From assembly GCA_964057225.1 (NCBI GenBank), contig OZ059897.1, positions 5,084,001 through 5,148,000 on the forward strand: 64,000 bases of DNA. The letters are read 5' to 3'. Below are positions 1 through 14,000 of the stretch, in pieces; position 1 is the first letter of the stretch; each line of letters begins with the position of its first letter. The notes below the pieces were generated by a model that did not search any database, was not told the DNA's origin, and was given only the letters and a program-made list of their open reading frames with translations. The position numbers were made by a program, and so were the translations under genes. Source of the stretch: Auanema rhodensis. Taxonomy: Eukaryota > Animalia > Nematoda.

Positions 1-176
1 AGTCATGGTTACCATGCACTAATATCAATAAAAATTTGTTTTTAGACTAATATGGACATGGGGAATCTAATTTTGAAAACCGCATCTCTTTATCTTTCAC
101 GTGAAGCAAGTTACATACCAAGTGCACATCACGTGCACATTTAATTAGCATAAATTAAAGTTCACGTAAATTTCAA

Positions 177-3100
177 AGTCATGGTTACCATGCACCAATA
201 TCAATAAAAATTTGTTTTTAGACTAATATGGACATGGGGAATCTAATTTTGAAAACCGCATCTCTTTATCTTTCACGTGAAGCGAGTTACATACCAAGTG
301 CACATCACGTGTACATTTAATTAGCATAAATTGAAGTTCACGTAAATTTCAAAGTCATGGTTACCATGCACCAATATCAATAAAAATTTGTTTTTAGACT
401 AATATGGACATGGGGAATCTAATTTTGAAAACCGCGTCTCTTTATCTTTCACGTGAAGCGAGTTACATACCAAGTGCACATCACGTGTACATTTAATTAG
501 CATAAATTAAAGTTCACGTAAATTTCAAAGTCATGGTTACCATGCACCAATATCAATAAAAATTTGTTTTTAGACTAATATGGACATGGGGAATCTAATT
601 TTAAAAACCGCATCTCTTCATCTTTCACGTGAAGCAAGTTACATACTAAGTGCACAGCACGTGTACATTTAATTAGCATAAATTAAAGTTCACGTAAATT
701 TCAAAGTCATGGTTACCATGCACCAATATCAATAAAAATTTGTTTTTAGACTAATATGGACATGGGGAATCTAATTTTGAAAACCGCATCTCTTTATCTT
801 TCACGTGAAGCGAGTTACATACCAAGTGCACATCACGTGTACATTTAATTAGCATAAATTAAAGTTCACGTAAATTTCAAAGTCATGGTTACCATGCACC
901 AATATCAATAAAAATTTGTTTTTAGACTAATATGGACATGGGGAATCTAATTTTGAAAACCGCATCTCTTTATCTTTCACGTGAAGTGAGTTACATACCA
1001 AGTGTACATCACGTGCACATTTAATTAGCATAAATTAAAGTTAACGTAAATTTCAAAGTCATGGTTACCATGCACCAATATCAATAAAAATTTGTTTTTT
1101 GACTAATATGGACATGGGGAATCTAATTTTGAAAACCGCATCTCTTTATCTTTCACGTGAAGCGAGTTACATACCAAGTGCACATCACGTGTACATTTAA
1201 TTAGCATAAATTAAAGTTCACGTAAGTTTCAAAGTCATGGTGACCATGCACTAATATCAATAAAAATTTGTTTTTAGACTAATATGGAGATGGGGAATCT
1301 AATTTTAAAAACCGCATCTCTTTATCTTTCACGTGAAGCAAGTTACATACCAAGTGCACAGCACGTGTACATTTAATTAGCATAAATTAAAGTTCACGTA
1401 AATTTCAAAGTCATGGTTACCATGCACCAATATCAATAAAAATTTGTTTTCAGACTAATATGGAGATGGGGAATCTAATATTGAAAACGGCATCTCTTTA
1501 TCTTTCACGTGAAGCAAGTTACATCCCAAGTGCACATCACGTGTACATTTAATTAGCATAAATTAAAGTTCACGTAAATTTCAAAGTCATGGTTACCATG
1601 CACCAATATCAATAAAAATTTGTTTTTAGACTAATATGGATATGGGGAATCTAATTTTGAAAACCGCATCTCTTTATCTTTCACGTGAAGCGAGTTACAT
1701 ACCAAGTGCACATCACGTGTGCATTTAATTAGCATAAATTAAAGTTCACGTAAATTTCAAAATCATGGTTACCATGCACCAATATCAATAAAAATTTGTT
1801 TTTAGACTAATATGCACATGGGGAATCTAATTTTAAAAACCGCATCTCTTTATCTTTCACGTGAAGTGAGTTACATACCAAGTGCACAGCACGTGTACAT
1901 TTAATTAGCATAAATTAAAGTTCACGTAAATTTCAAAGTCATGGTTACCATGCACTAATATCAATAAAAATTTGTTTTTAGACTAATATGGACATGGGGA
2001 ATCTAATTTTGAAAACCGAATCTCTTTATCTTTCACGTGAAGCAAGTTACATACCAAGTGCACATCACGTGCACATTTAATTAGCATAAATTAAAGTTCA
2101 CGTAAATTTCAAAGTCATGGTTACCATGCACCAATATCAATAAAAATTTGTTTTTAGACTAATATGGACATGGGGAATCTAATTTTGAATACCGCATCTC
2201 TTTATCTTTCACGTGAAGCGAGTTACATACCAAGTGCACATCACGTGTACATTTAATTAGCATAAATTGAAGTTCACGTAAATTTCAAAGTCATGGTTAC
2301 CATGCACCAATATCAATAAAAATTTGTTTTTAGACTAATATGGACATGGGGAATCTAATTTTGAAAACCGCATCTCTTTATCTTTCACGTGAAGTGAGTT
2401 ACATACCAAGTGTACATCACGTGCACATTTAATTAGCATAAATTAAAGTTCACGTAAATTTCAAAGTCATGGTTACCATGCACCAATATCAATAAAAATT
2501 TGTTTTTAGACTAATATGGACATGGGGAATCTAATATTGAAAACCGCATCTCTTTATCTTTCACGTGAAGCAAGTTACATACCAAGTGCACATCACGTGT
2601 ACATTTAATTAGCATAAATTAAAGTTCACGTAAATTTCAAAGTCATGGTTACCATGCATTAATATCAATAAAAATTTGTTTTTAGACTAATATGGACATG
2701 GGGAATCTAATTTTGAAAACCGCATCTCTTTATCTTTCACGTGAAGCAAGTTACGAACCGAGTGCACATCACGTGTACATTTAATTAGCATAAATTAAAG
2801 TTCACGTAAATTTCAAAGTCATGGTTACCATGCACCAATATCAATAAAAATTTGTTTTTAGACTAATATGCACATGGGGAATCTAATTTTAAAAACCGCA
2901 TCTCTTTATCTTTCACGTGAAGTGAGTTACATACCAAGTGCATAGCACGTGTACATTTAATTAGCATAAATTAAAGTTCACGTAAATTTCAAAGTCATGG
3001 TTACCATGCACTAATATCAATAAAAATTTGTTTTTAGACTAATATGGACATGGGTAATCTAATTTTGAAAACCGCATCTCTTTATCTTTCACGTGAAGCA

Positions 3101-6100
3101 AGTTACATACCAAGTGCACATCACGTGCACATTCAATTAGCATAAATTAAAGTTCACGTAAATTTCAAAGTCATGGTTACCATGCACCAATATCAATAAA
3201 AATTTGTTTTTAGACTAATATGGACATGGGGAATCTAATTTTAAAAACCGCATCTCTTTATCTTTCACGTGAAGCAAGCTACATACCAAGTGCACATCAC
3301 GTGTACATTTAATTAGCATAAATTAAAGTTCACGTAAATTTCAAAGTCATGGTTACCATGCACCAATATCAATAAAAATTTGTTTTTAGACTAATATGGA
3401 CATGGGGAATCTAATTTTGAAAACCGCATCTCTTTATCTTTCACGTGAAGCGAGTTACATACCAAGTGCACATCACGTGCACATTTAATTAGCATAAATT
3501 AAAGTTCACGTAAATTTCAAAGTCATGGTTACCATGCACCAATATCAATAAAAATTTGTTTTTAGACTAATATGGACATGGGGAATCTAATTTTAAAAAC
3601 CGCATCTCTTTATCTTTTACGTGAAGCAAGTTACATACCAAGTGCATAGCACGTGTACATTTAATTAACATGAATTAAAGTTCACGTAAATTTCAAAGTC
3701 ATGGTTACCATGCACCAATATCAATAACAATTTGTTTTTAGACTAATATGGACATGGGGAATCTAATTTTGAAAATCGCATCTCTTTATCTTTCACGTGA
3801 AGCGAGTTACATACCAAGTGCACATCACGTGTACATTTAATTAGCATAAATTAAAGTTCACGTAAATTTCAAAGTCATGGTTACCATGCACCAATATCAA
3901 TAAAAATTTGTTTTTAGACTAATATGGACATGGGGAATCTAATTTTGAAAACCGCATCTTTTTATCTTTCACGTGAAGCGAGTTACATACCAAGTGCACA
4001 TCACGTGTACATTTAATTAGCATAAATTAAAGTTCACGTAAATTTCAAAGTCATGGTTACCATGCACCAATATCAATAAAAATTTGTTTTTAGACTAATA
4101 TGGACAAGGGGAATCTAATTTTGAAAACCGCATCTCTTTATCTTTCACGTGAAGCGAGTTACATACCAAGTGCACATCACGTGTACATTTAATTAGCATA
4201 AATTGAAGTTCACGTAAATTTCAAAGTCATGGTTACCATGCACCAATATCAATAAAAATTTGTTTTTAGACTAATATGGACATGGGGAATCTAATTTTGA
4301 AAACCGCGTCTCTTTATCTTTCACGTGAAGCGAGTTACATACCAAGTGCACATCACGTGTACATTTAATTAGCATAAATTAAAGTTCACGTAAATTTCAA
4401 AGTCATGGTTACCATGCACCAATATCAATAAAAATTTGTTTTTAGACTAATATGGACATGGGGAATCTAATTTTAAAAACCGCATCTCTTCATCTTTCAC
4501 GTGAAGCAAGTTACATACCAAGTGCACAGCACGTGTACATTTAATTAGCATAAATTAAAGTTCACGTAAATTTCAAAGTCATGGTTACCATGCACCAATA
4601 TCAATAAAAATTTGTTTTTAGACTAATATGGACATGGGGAATCTAATTTTGAAAACCGCATCTCTTTATCTTTCACGTGAAGCGAGTTACATACCAAGTG
4701 CACATCACGTGTACATTTAATTAGCATAAATTAAAGTTCACGTAAATTTCAAAGTCATGGTTACCATGCACCAATATCAATAAAAATTTGTTTTTAGACT
4801 AATATGGACATGGGGAATCTAATTTTAAAAACCGCATCTCTTCATCTTTCACGTGAAGCAAGTTACATACCAAGTGCACAGCACGTGTACATTTAATTAG
4901 CATAAATTAAAGTTCACGTAAATTTCAAAGTCATGGTTACCATGCACCAATATCAATAAAAATTTGTTTTTAGACTAATATGGACATGGGGAATCTAATT
5001 TTGAAAACCGCATCTCTTTATCTTTCACGTGAAGCGAGTTACATACCAAGTGCACATCACGTGTACATTTAATTAGCATAAATTGAAGTTCACGTAAATT
5101 TCAAAGTCATGGTTACCATGCACCAATATCAATAAAAATTTGTTTTTAGACTAATATGGACATGGGGAATCTAATTTTGAAAACCGCGTCTCTTTATCTT
5201 TCACGTGAAGCGAGTTACATACCAAGTGCACATCACGTGTACATTTAATTAGCATAAATTAAAGTTCACGTAAATTTCAAAGTCATGGTTACCATGCACC
5301 AATATCAATAAAAATTTGTTTTTAGACTAATATGAACATGGGGAATCTAATTTTAAAAACCGCATCTCTTCATCTTTCACGTGAAGCAAGTTACATACCA
5401 AGTGCACAGCACGTGTACATTTAATTAGCATAAATTAAAGTTCACGTAAATTTCAAAGTCATGGTTACCATGCACCAATATCAATAAAAATTTGTTTTTA
5501 GACTAATATGGACATGGGGAATCTAATTTTGAAAACCGCATCTCTTTATCTTTCACGTGAAGCGAGTTACATACCAAGTGCACATCACGTGTACATTTAA
5601 TTAGCATAAATTAAAGTTCACGTAAATTTCAAAGTCATGGTTACCATGCACCAATATCAATAAAAATTTGTTTTTAGACTAATATGGACATGGGGAATCT
5701 AATTTTGAAAACCGCATCTCTTTATCTTTCACGTGAAGCGAGTTACATACCAAGTGCACATCACGTGTACATTTAATTAGCATAAATTAAAGTTCACGTA
5801 AGTTTCAAAGTCATGGTGACCATGCACTAATATCAATAAAAATTTGTTTTTAGACTAATATGGACATGGGGAATCTAATTTTAAAAACCGCATCTCTTTA
5901 TCTTTCACGTGAAGCAAGTTACATACCAAGTGCACAGCACGTGTACATTTAATTAGCATAAATTAAAGTTCACGTAAATCTCAAAGTCATGGTTACCATG
6001 CACCAATATCAATAAAAATTTGTTTTCAGACTAATATGGAGATGGAGAATCTAATATTGAAAACGGCATCTCTTTATCTTTCACGTGAAGCAAGTTACAT

Positions 6101-8448
6101 CCCAAGTGCACATCACGTGTACATTTAATTAGCATAAATTAAAGTTCACGTAAATTTCAAAGTCATGGTTACCATGCACCAATATCAATAAAAATTTGTT
6201 TTTAGACTAATATGGATATGGGGAATCTAATTTTGAAAACCGCATCTCTTTATCTTTCACGTGAAGCGAGTTACATACCAAGTGCACATCACGTGTGCAT
6301 TTAATTAGCATAAATTAAAGTTCACGTAAATTTCAAAATCATGGTTACCATGCACCAATATCAATAAAAATTTGTTTTTAGACTAATATGCACATGGGGA
6401 ATCTAATTTTAAAAACCGCATCTCTTTATCTTTCACGTGAAGTGAGTTACATACCAAGTGCACAGCACGTGTACATTTAATTAGCATAAATTAAAGTTCA
6501 CGTAAATTTCAAAGTCATGGTTACCATGCACTAATATCAATAAAAATTTGTTTTTAGACTAATATGGACATGGGGAATCTAATTTTGAAAACCGAATCTC
6601 TTTATCTTTCACGTGAAGCAAGTTACATACCAAGTGCACATCACGTGCACATTTAATTAGCATAAATTAAAGTTCACGTAAATTTCAAAGTCATGGTTAC
6701 CATGCACCAATATCAATAAAAATTTGTTTTTAGACTAATATGGACATGGGGAATCTAATTTTGAATACCGCATCTCTTTATCTTTCACGTGAAGCGAGTT
6801 ACATACCAAGTGCACATCACGTGTACATTTAATTAGCATAAATTGAAGTTCACGTAAATTTCAAAGTCATGGTTACCATGCATTAATATCAATAAAAATT
6901 TGTTTTTAGACTAATATGGACATGGGGAATCTAATTTTGAAAACCGCATCTCTTTATCTTTCACGTGAAGCAAGTTACGAACCAAGTGCACATCACGTGT
7001 ACATTTAATTAGCATAAATTAAGGTTCACGTAAATTTCAAAGTCATGGTTACCATGCACCAATATCAATAAAAATTTGTTTTTAGACTAATATGGACATG
7101 GGGAATCTAATTTTGAAAACCGCATCTCTTTATCTTTCACGTGAAGCGAGTTACATACCAAGTGCACATCACGTGTACATTTAATTAGCATAAATTAAAG
7201 TTCACGTAAATTTCAAAGTCATGGTTACCATGCACCAATATCAATAAAAATTTGTTTTTAGACTAATATGCACATGGGGAATCTAATTTTAAAAACCGCA
7301 TCTCTTTATCTTTCACGTGAAGTGAGTTACATACCAAGTGCATAGCACGTGTACATTTAATTAGCATAAATTAAAGTTCACGTAAATTTCAAAGTCATGG
7401 TTACCATGCACTAATATCAATAAAAATTTGTTTTTAGACTAATATGGACATGGGTAATCTAATTTTGAAAACCGCATCTCTTTATCTTTCACGTGAAGCA
7501 AGTTACATACCAAGTGCACATCACGTGCACATTCAATTAGCATAAATTAAAGTTCACGTAAATTTCAAAGTCATGGTTACCATGCACCAATATCAATAAA
7601 AATTTGTTTTTAGACTAATATGGACATGGGGAATCTAATTTTAAAAACCGCATCTCTTTATCTTTCACGTGAAGCAAGCTACATACCAAGTGCACATCAC
7701 GTGTACATTTAATTAGCATAAATTAAAGTTCACGTAAATTTCAAAGTCATGGTTACCATGCACCAATATCAATAAAAATTTGTTTTTAGACTAATATGGA
7801 CATGGGGAATCTAATTTTGAAAACCGCATCTCTTTATCTTTCACGTGAAGCGAGTTACATACCAAGTGCACATCACGTGCACATTTAATTAGCATAAATT
7901 AAAGTTCACGTAAATTTCAAAGTCATGGTTACCATGCACCAATATCAATAAAAATTTGTTTTTAGACTAATATGGACATGGGGAATCTAATTTTAAAAAC
8001 CGCATCTCTTTATCTTTTACGTGAAGCAAGTTACATACCAAGTGCATAGCACGTGTACATTTAATTAACATGAATTAAAGTTCACGTAAATTTCAAAGTC
8101 ATGGTTACCATGCACCAATATCAATAACAATTTGTTTTTAGACTAATATGGACATGGGGAATCTAATTTTGAAAATCGCATCTCTTTATCTTTCACGTGA
8201 AGCGAGTTACATACCAAGTGCACATCACGTGTACATTTAATTAGCATAAATTAAAGTTCACGTAAATTTCAAAGTCATGGTTACCATGCACCAATATCAA
8301 TAAAAATTTGTTTTTAGACTAATATGGACATGGGGAATCTAATTTTGAAAACCGCATCTTTTTATCTTTCACGTGAAGTGGGTTACATACCAAGTGCACA
8401 TCACGTGTACATTTAATTAGCATAAATTAAAGTTAACGTAAATTTCAA
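177..8448. repeat. Imperfect ~25-27-monomer segmental duplication (177-4048 vs 4929-8448)
   Basis: The same ordered rare variants occur in both copies: CGCGTC (monomers at 353/5105), GGTGACC (1233/5809), TTTTCAG+ACGGC (1409/5985), CGAATC (1937/6513), AATACCG (2113/6689), GGGTAA+ATTCAA (2993/7393), TAACATGAA (3521/7921). The offset steps from 27 to 26 to 25 monomers. Confidence 0.85.
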
Positions 8449-10912
8449 AGTCATGGTTACCATGCACCAATATCAATAAAAATTTGTTTTTAGACTAATA
8501 TGGACATGGGGAATCTAATTTTGAAAACCGCATCTCTTTATCTTTCACGTGAAGCGAGTTACATACCAAGTGCACATCACGTGTACATTTAATTAGCATA
8601 AATTAAAGTTCACGTAAATTTCAAAGTCATGGTTACCATGCACCAATATCAATAAAAATTTGTTTTTAGACTAATATGGACATGGGGAATCTTATATTGA
8701 AAACCGCATCTCTTTATCTTTCACGTGAAGCAAGTTACATACCAAGTGCACATCACGTGTACATTTAATTAGCATAAATTAAAGTTCACGTAAATTTCAA
8801 AGTCATGGTTACCATGCACCAATATCAATAAAAATTTGTTTTTAGACTAATATGGACATGGGGAATCTAATATTGAAAACCGCATCTCTTTATCTTTCAC
8901 GTGAAGCAAGTTACATACCAAGTGCACATCACGTGTACATTTAATTAGCATAAATTAAAGTTCACGTAAATTTCAAAGTCATGGTTACCATGCATTAATA
9001 TCAATAAAAATTTGTTTTTAGACTAATATGGACATGGGGAATCTAATTTTGAAAACCGCATCTCTTTATCTTTCACGTGAAGCAAGTTACGAACCAAGTG
9101 CACATCACGTGTACATTTAATTAGCATAAATTAAGGTTCACGTAAATTTCAAAGTCATGGTTACCATGCACCAATATCAATAAAAATTTGTTTTTAGACT
9201 AATATGGACATGGGGAATCTAATTTTGAAAACCGCATCTCTTTATCTTTCACGTGAAGCGAGTTACATACCAAGTGCACATCACGTGTACATTTAATTAG
9301 CATAAATTAAAGTTCACGTAAATTTCAAAGTCATGGTTACCATGCACCAATATCAATAAAAATTTGTTTTTAGACTAATATGCACATGGGGAATCTAATT
9401 TTAAAAACCGCATCTCTTTATCTTTCACGTGAAGTGAGTTACATACCAAGTGCATAGCACGTGTACATTTAATTAGCATAAATTAAAGTTCACGTAAATT
9501 TCAAAGTCATGGTTACCATGCACTAATATCAATAAAAATTTGTTTTTAGACTAATATGGACATGGGGAATCTAATTTTGAAAACCGCATCTCTTTATCTT
9601 TCACGTGAAGCAAGTTACATACCAAGTGCACATCACGTGCACATTCAATTAGCATAAATTAAAGTTCACGTAAATTTCAAAGTCATGGTTACCATGCACC
9701 AATATCAATAAAAATTTGTTTTTAGACTAATATGGACATGGGGAATCTAATTTTAAAAACCGCATCTCTTTATCTTTCACGTGAAGCAAGCTACATACCA
9801 AGTGCACATCACGTGTACATTTAATTAGCATAAATTAAAGTTCACGTAAATTTCAAAGTCATGGTTACCATGCACCAATATCAATAAAAATTTGTTTTTA
9901 GACTAATATGGACATGGGGAATCTAATTTTGAAAACCGCATCTCTTTATCTTTCACGTGAAGCGAGTTACATACCAAGTGCACATCACGTGCACATTTAA
10001 TTAGCATAAATTAAAGTTCACGTAAATTTCAAAGTCATGGTTACCATGCACCAATATCAATAAAAATTTGTTTTTAGACTAATATGGACATGGGGAATCT
10101 AATTTTAAAAACCGCATCTCTTTATCTTTTACGTGAAGCAAGTTACATACCAAGTGCATAGCACGTGTACATTTAATTAACATAAATTAAAGTTCACGTA
10201 AATTTCAAAGTCATGGTTACCATGCACCAATATCAATAACAATTTGTTTTTAGACTAATATGGACATGGGGAATCTAATTTTGAAAATCGCATCTCTTTA
10301 TCTTTCACGTGAAGCGAGTTACATACCAAGTGCACATCACGTGTACATTTAATTAGCATAAATTAAAGTTCACGTAAATTTCAAAGTCATGGTTACCATG
10401 CACCAATATCAATAAAAATTTGTTTTTAGACTAATATGGACATGGGGAATCTAATTTTGAAAACCGCATCTTTTTATCTTTCACGTGAAGTGGGTTACAT
10501 ACCAAGTGCACATCACGTGTACATTTAATTAGCATAAATTAAAGTTAACGTAAATTTCAAAGTCATGGTTACCATGCACCAATATCAATAAAAATTTGTT
10601 TTTAGACTAATATGGACATGGGGAATCTAATTTTGAAAACCGCATCTCTTTATCTTTCACGTGAAGCGAGTTACATACCAAGTGCACATCACGTGTACAT
10701 TTAATTAGCATAAATTATAGTTCACGTAAATTTCAAAGTCATGGTTACCATGCACCAATATCAATAAAAATTTGTTTTTAGACTAATATGGACATGGGGA
10801 ATCTTATATTGAAAACCGCATCTCTTTATCTTTCACGTGAAGCAAGTTACATACCAAGTGCACATCACGTGTACATTTAATTAGCATAAATTAAAGTTCA
10901 CGTAAATTTCAA
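6865..10912. repeat. 12-monomer (2112 bp) period higher-order duplication
   Basis: Markers recur exactly 2112 bp apart: CATT+CGAACC+AAGGTTC (monomers at 6865/8977), AAGCTAC (7569/9681), TCTTTT+GTGGG+TTAACG (8273/10385), CTTATATTG (8625/10737). Confidence 0.9.
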
Positions 10913-11088
10913 AGTCATGGTTACCATGCACCAATATCAATAAAAATTTGTTTTTAGACTAATATGGACATGGGGAATCTAATTTTGAAAACCGCATCTC
11001 TTTATCTTTCACGTGAAGCAAGTTACGAACCAAGTGCACATCACGTGTACATTTAATTAGCATAAATTAAAGTTCACGTAAATTTCAA

Positions 11089-14000
11089 AGTCATGGTTAC
11101 CATGCACCAATATCAATAAAAATTTGTTTTTAGACTAATATGGACATGGGGAATCTAATTTTGAAAACCGCATCTCTTTATCTTTCACGTGAAGCGAGTT
11201 ACATACTAAGCGCACATCACGTGTACATTTAATTAGCATAAATTAAAGTTCACGTAAATTTCAAAGTCATGGTTACCATGAACCAATATCAATAAAAATT
11301 TGTTTTTAGACTAATATGGACATGGGGAATCTAATTTTGAAAACCGCATCTCTTTATCTTTCACGTGAAGTGAGTTACATACCAAGTGCACAGCACGTGT
11401 ACATTTAATTAGCATAAATTAAAGTTCACGTAAATTTCAAAGTCATGGTTACCATGCACTAATATCAATAAAAATTTGTTTTTAGACTAATATGGACATG
11501 GGGAATCTAATTTTGAAAGTCGCATCTCTTTATCTTTCACGTGAAGCAAGTAACATACCAAGTGCACATCACGTGCACATTTAATTAGCATAAATTAAAG
11601 TTCACGTAAATTTCAAAGTCATGGTTACCATGCACCAATATCAATAAAAATTTGTTTTTAGACTAATATGGACATGGGGAATCTAATTTTGAAAACCGCA
11701 TCTCTTTATCTTTCACGTGAAGTGAGTTACATACCAAGTGCACATCACGTGTACATTTAATTAGCATAAATTAAAGTTCACGTAAATTTCAAAGTCATGG
11801 TTACCATGCACCAATATCAATAAAAATTTGTTTTTAGACTAATATGGACATGGGGAATCTAATTTTGAAAACCGCATCTCTTTATCTTTCACGTGAAGTG
11901 AGTTACATACCAAGTGCACATCACGTGTACATTTAATTAGCATAAATTAAAGTTCACGTAAATTTCAAAGTCATGGTTACCATGCACCAATATCAATAAA
12001 AATTTGTTTTTAGACTAATATGGACATGGGGAATCTAATTTTGAAAACCGCATCTCTTTATCTTTCACGTGAAGCGAGTTACATACCAAGTGCACCTCAC
12101 GTGCACATTTAATTAGCATAAATTAAAGTTCACGTAAATTTCAAAGTCATGGTTACCATGCACCAATATCAATAAAAATTTGTTTTTAGACTAATATGGA
12201 CATGGGGAATCTAATTTTAAAAACCGCATCTCTTTATCTTTCACGTGAAGCAAGTTACATACCAAGTGCATAGCACGTGTACATTTAATTAGCATAAATT
12301 AAAGTTCACGTAAATTTCAAAGTCATGGTTACCATGCACCAATATCAATAAAAATTTGTTTTTAGACTAATATGGACATGGGGAATCTAATTTTGAAAAC
12401 CGCATCTCTTTATCTTTCACGTGAAGCGAGTTACATACTAAGCGCACATCACGTGTACATTTAATTAGCATGAATTAAAGTTCACGTAAATTTCAAAGTC
12501 ATGGTTACCATGAACCAATATCAATAAAAATTTGTTTTTAGACTAATATGGACATGGGGAATCTAATTTTGAAAACCGCATCTCTTTATCTTTCACGTGA
12601 AGTGAGTTACATACCAAGTGCACAGCACGTGTACATTTAATTAGCATAAATTAAAGTTCACGTAAATTTCAAAGTCATGGTTACCATGCACTAATATCAA
12701 TAAAAATTTGTTTTTAGACTAATATGGACATGGGGAATCTAATTTTGAAAACCGCATCTCTTTATCTTTCACGTGAAGCAAGTTACATACCAAGTGCACA
12801 TCACGTGCACATTTAATTAGCATAAATTAAAGTTCACGTAAATTTCAAAGTCATGGTTACCATGCACCAATATCAATAAAAATTTGTTTTTAGACTAATA
12901 TGGACATGGGGAATCTAATTTTGAAAACCGCATCTCTTTATCTTTCACGTGAAGTGAGTTACATACCAAGTGCACATCACGTGTACATTTAATTAGCATA
13001 AATTAAAGTTCACGTAAATTTCAAAGTCATGGTTACCATGCACCAATATCAATAAAAATTTGTTTTTAGACTAATATGGACATGGGGAATCTAACTTTGA
13101 AAACCGCATCTCTTTATCTTTCACGTGAAGTGAGTTACATACCAAGTGCACATCACGTGTACATTTAATTAGCATAAATTAAAGTTCACGTAAATTTCAA
13201 AGTCATGGTTACCATGCACCAATATCAATAAAAATTTGTTTTTAGACTAATATGGACATGGGGAATCTAATTTTAAAAACCGCATCTCTTTATCTTTCAC
13301 GTGAAGCAAGTTACATACCAAGTGCATAGCACGTGTACATTTAATTAGCATAAATTAAAGTTCACGTAAATTTCAAAGTCATGGTTACCATGCACCAATA
13401 TCAATAAAAATTTGTTTTTAGACTAATATGGACATGGGGAATCTAATTTTGAAAACCGCATCTCTTTATCTTTCACGTGAAGCGAATTACATACTAAGCG
13501 CACATCACGTGTACATTTAATTAGCATGAATTAAAGTTCACGTAAATTTCAAAGTCATGGTTACCATGAACCAATATCAATAAAAATTTGTTTTTAGACT
13601 AATATGGACATGAGGAATCTAATTTTGAAAACCGCATCTCTTTATCTTTCACGTGAAGTGAGTTACATACCAAGTGCACAGCACGTGTACATTTAATTAG
13701 CATAAATTAAAGTTCACGTAAATTTCAAAGTCATGGTTACCATGCACCAATATCAATAAAAATTTGTTTTTAGACTAATATGGACATGGGGAATCTAATT
13801 TTGAAAACCGCATCTCTTTATCTTTCACGTGAAGTGAGTTACATACCAAGTGCACATCACGTGTACATTTAATTAGCATAAATTAAAGTTCACGTAAATT
13901 TCAAAGTCATGGTTACCATGCACCAATATCAATAAAAATTTGTTTTTAGACTAATATGGACATGGGGAATCTAATTTTGAAAACCGCATCTCTTTATCTT

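Noticed and set aside
27-32. AATAAA polyadenylation-like signal in each monomer
   Set aside because: It is expected by chance in 68% AT sequence, and there is no transcript context.
1-176. Identity with known satellites of similar length (Brassica CentBr, Arabidopsis CEN178, alpha satellite), or with 5S rDNA/tRNA/snRNA tandem units
   Set aside because: Only the length is similar. I recognise no sequence similarity or RNA-gene motifs, and a database search is needed for any assignment.
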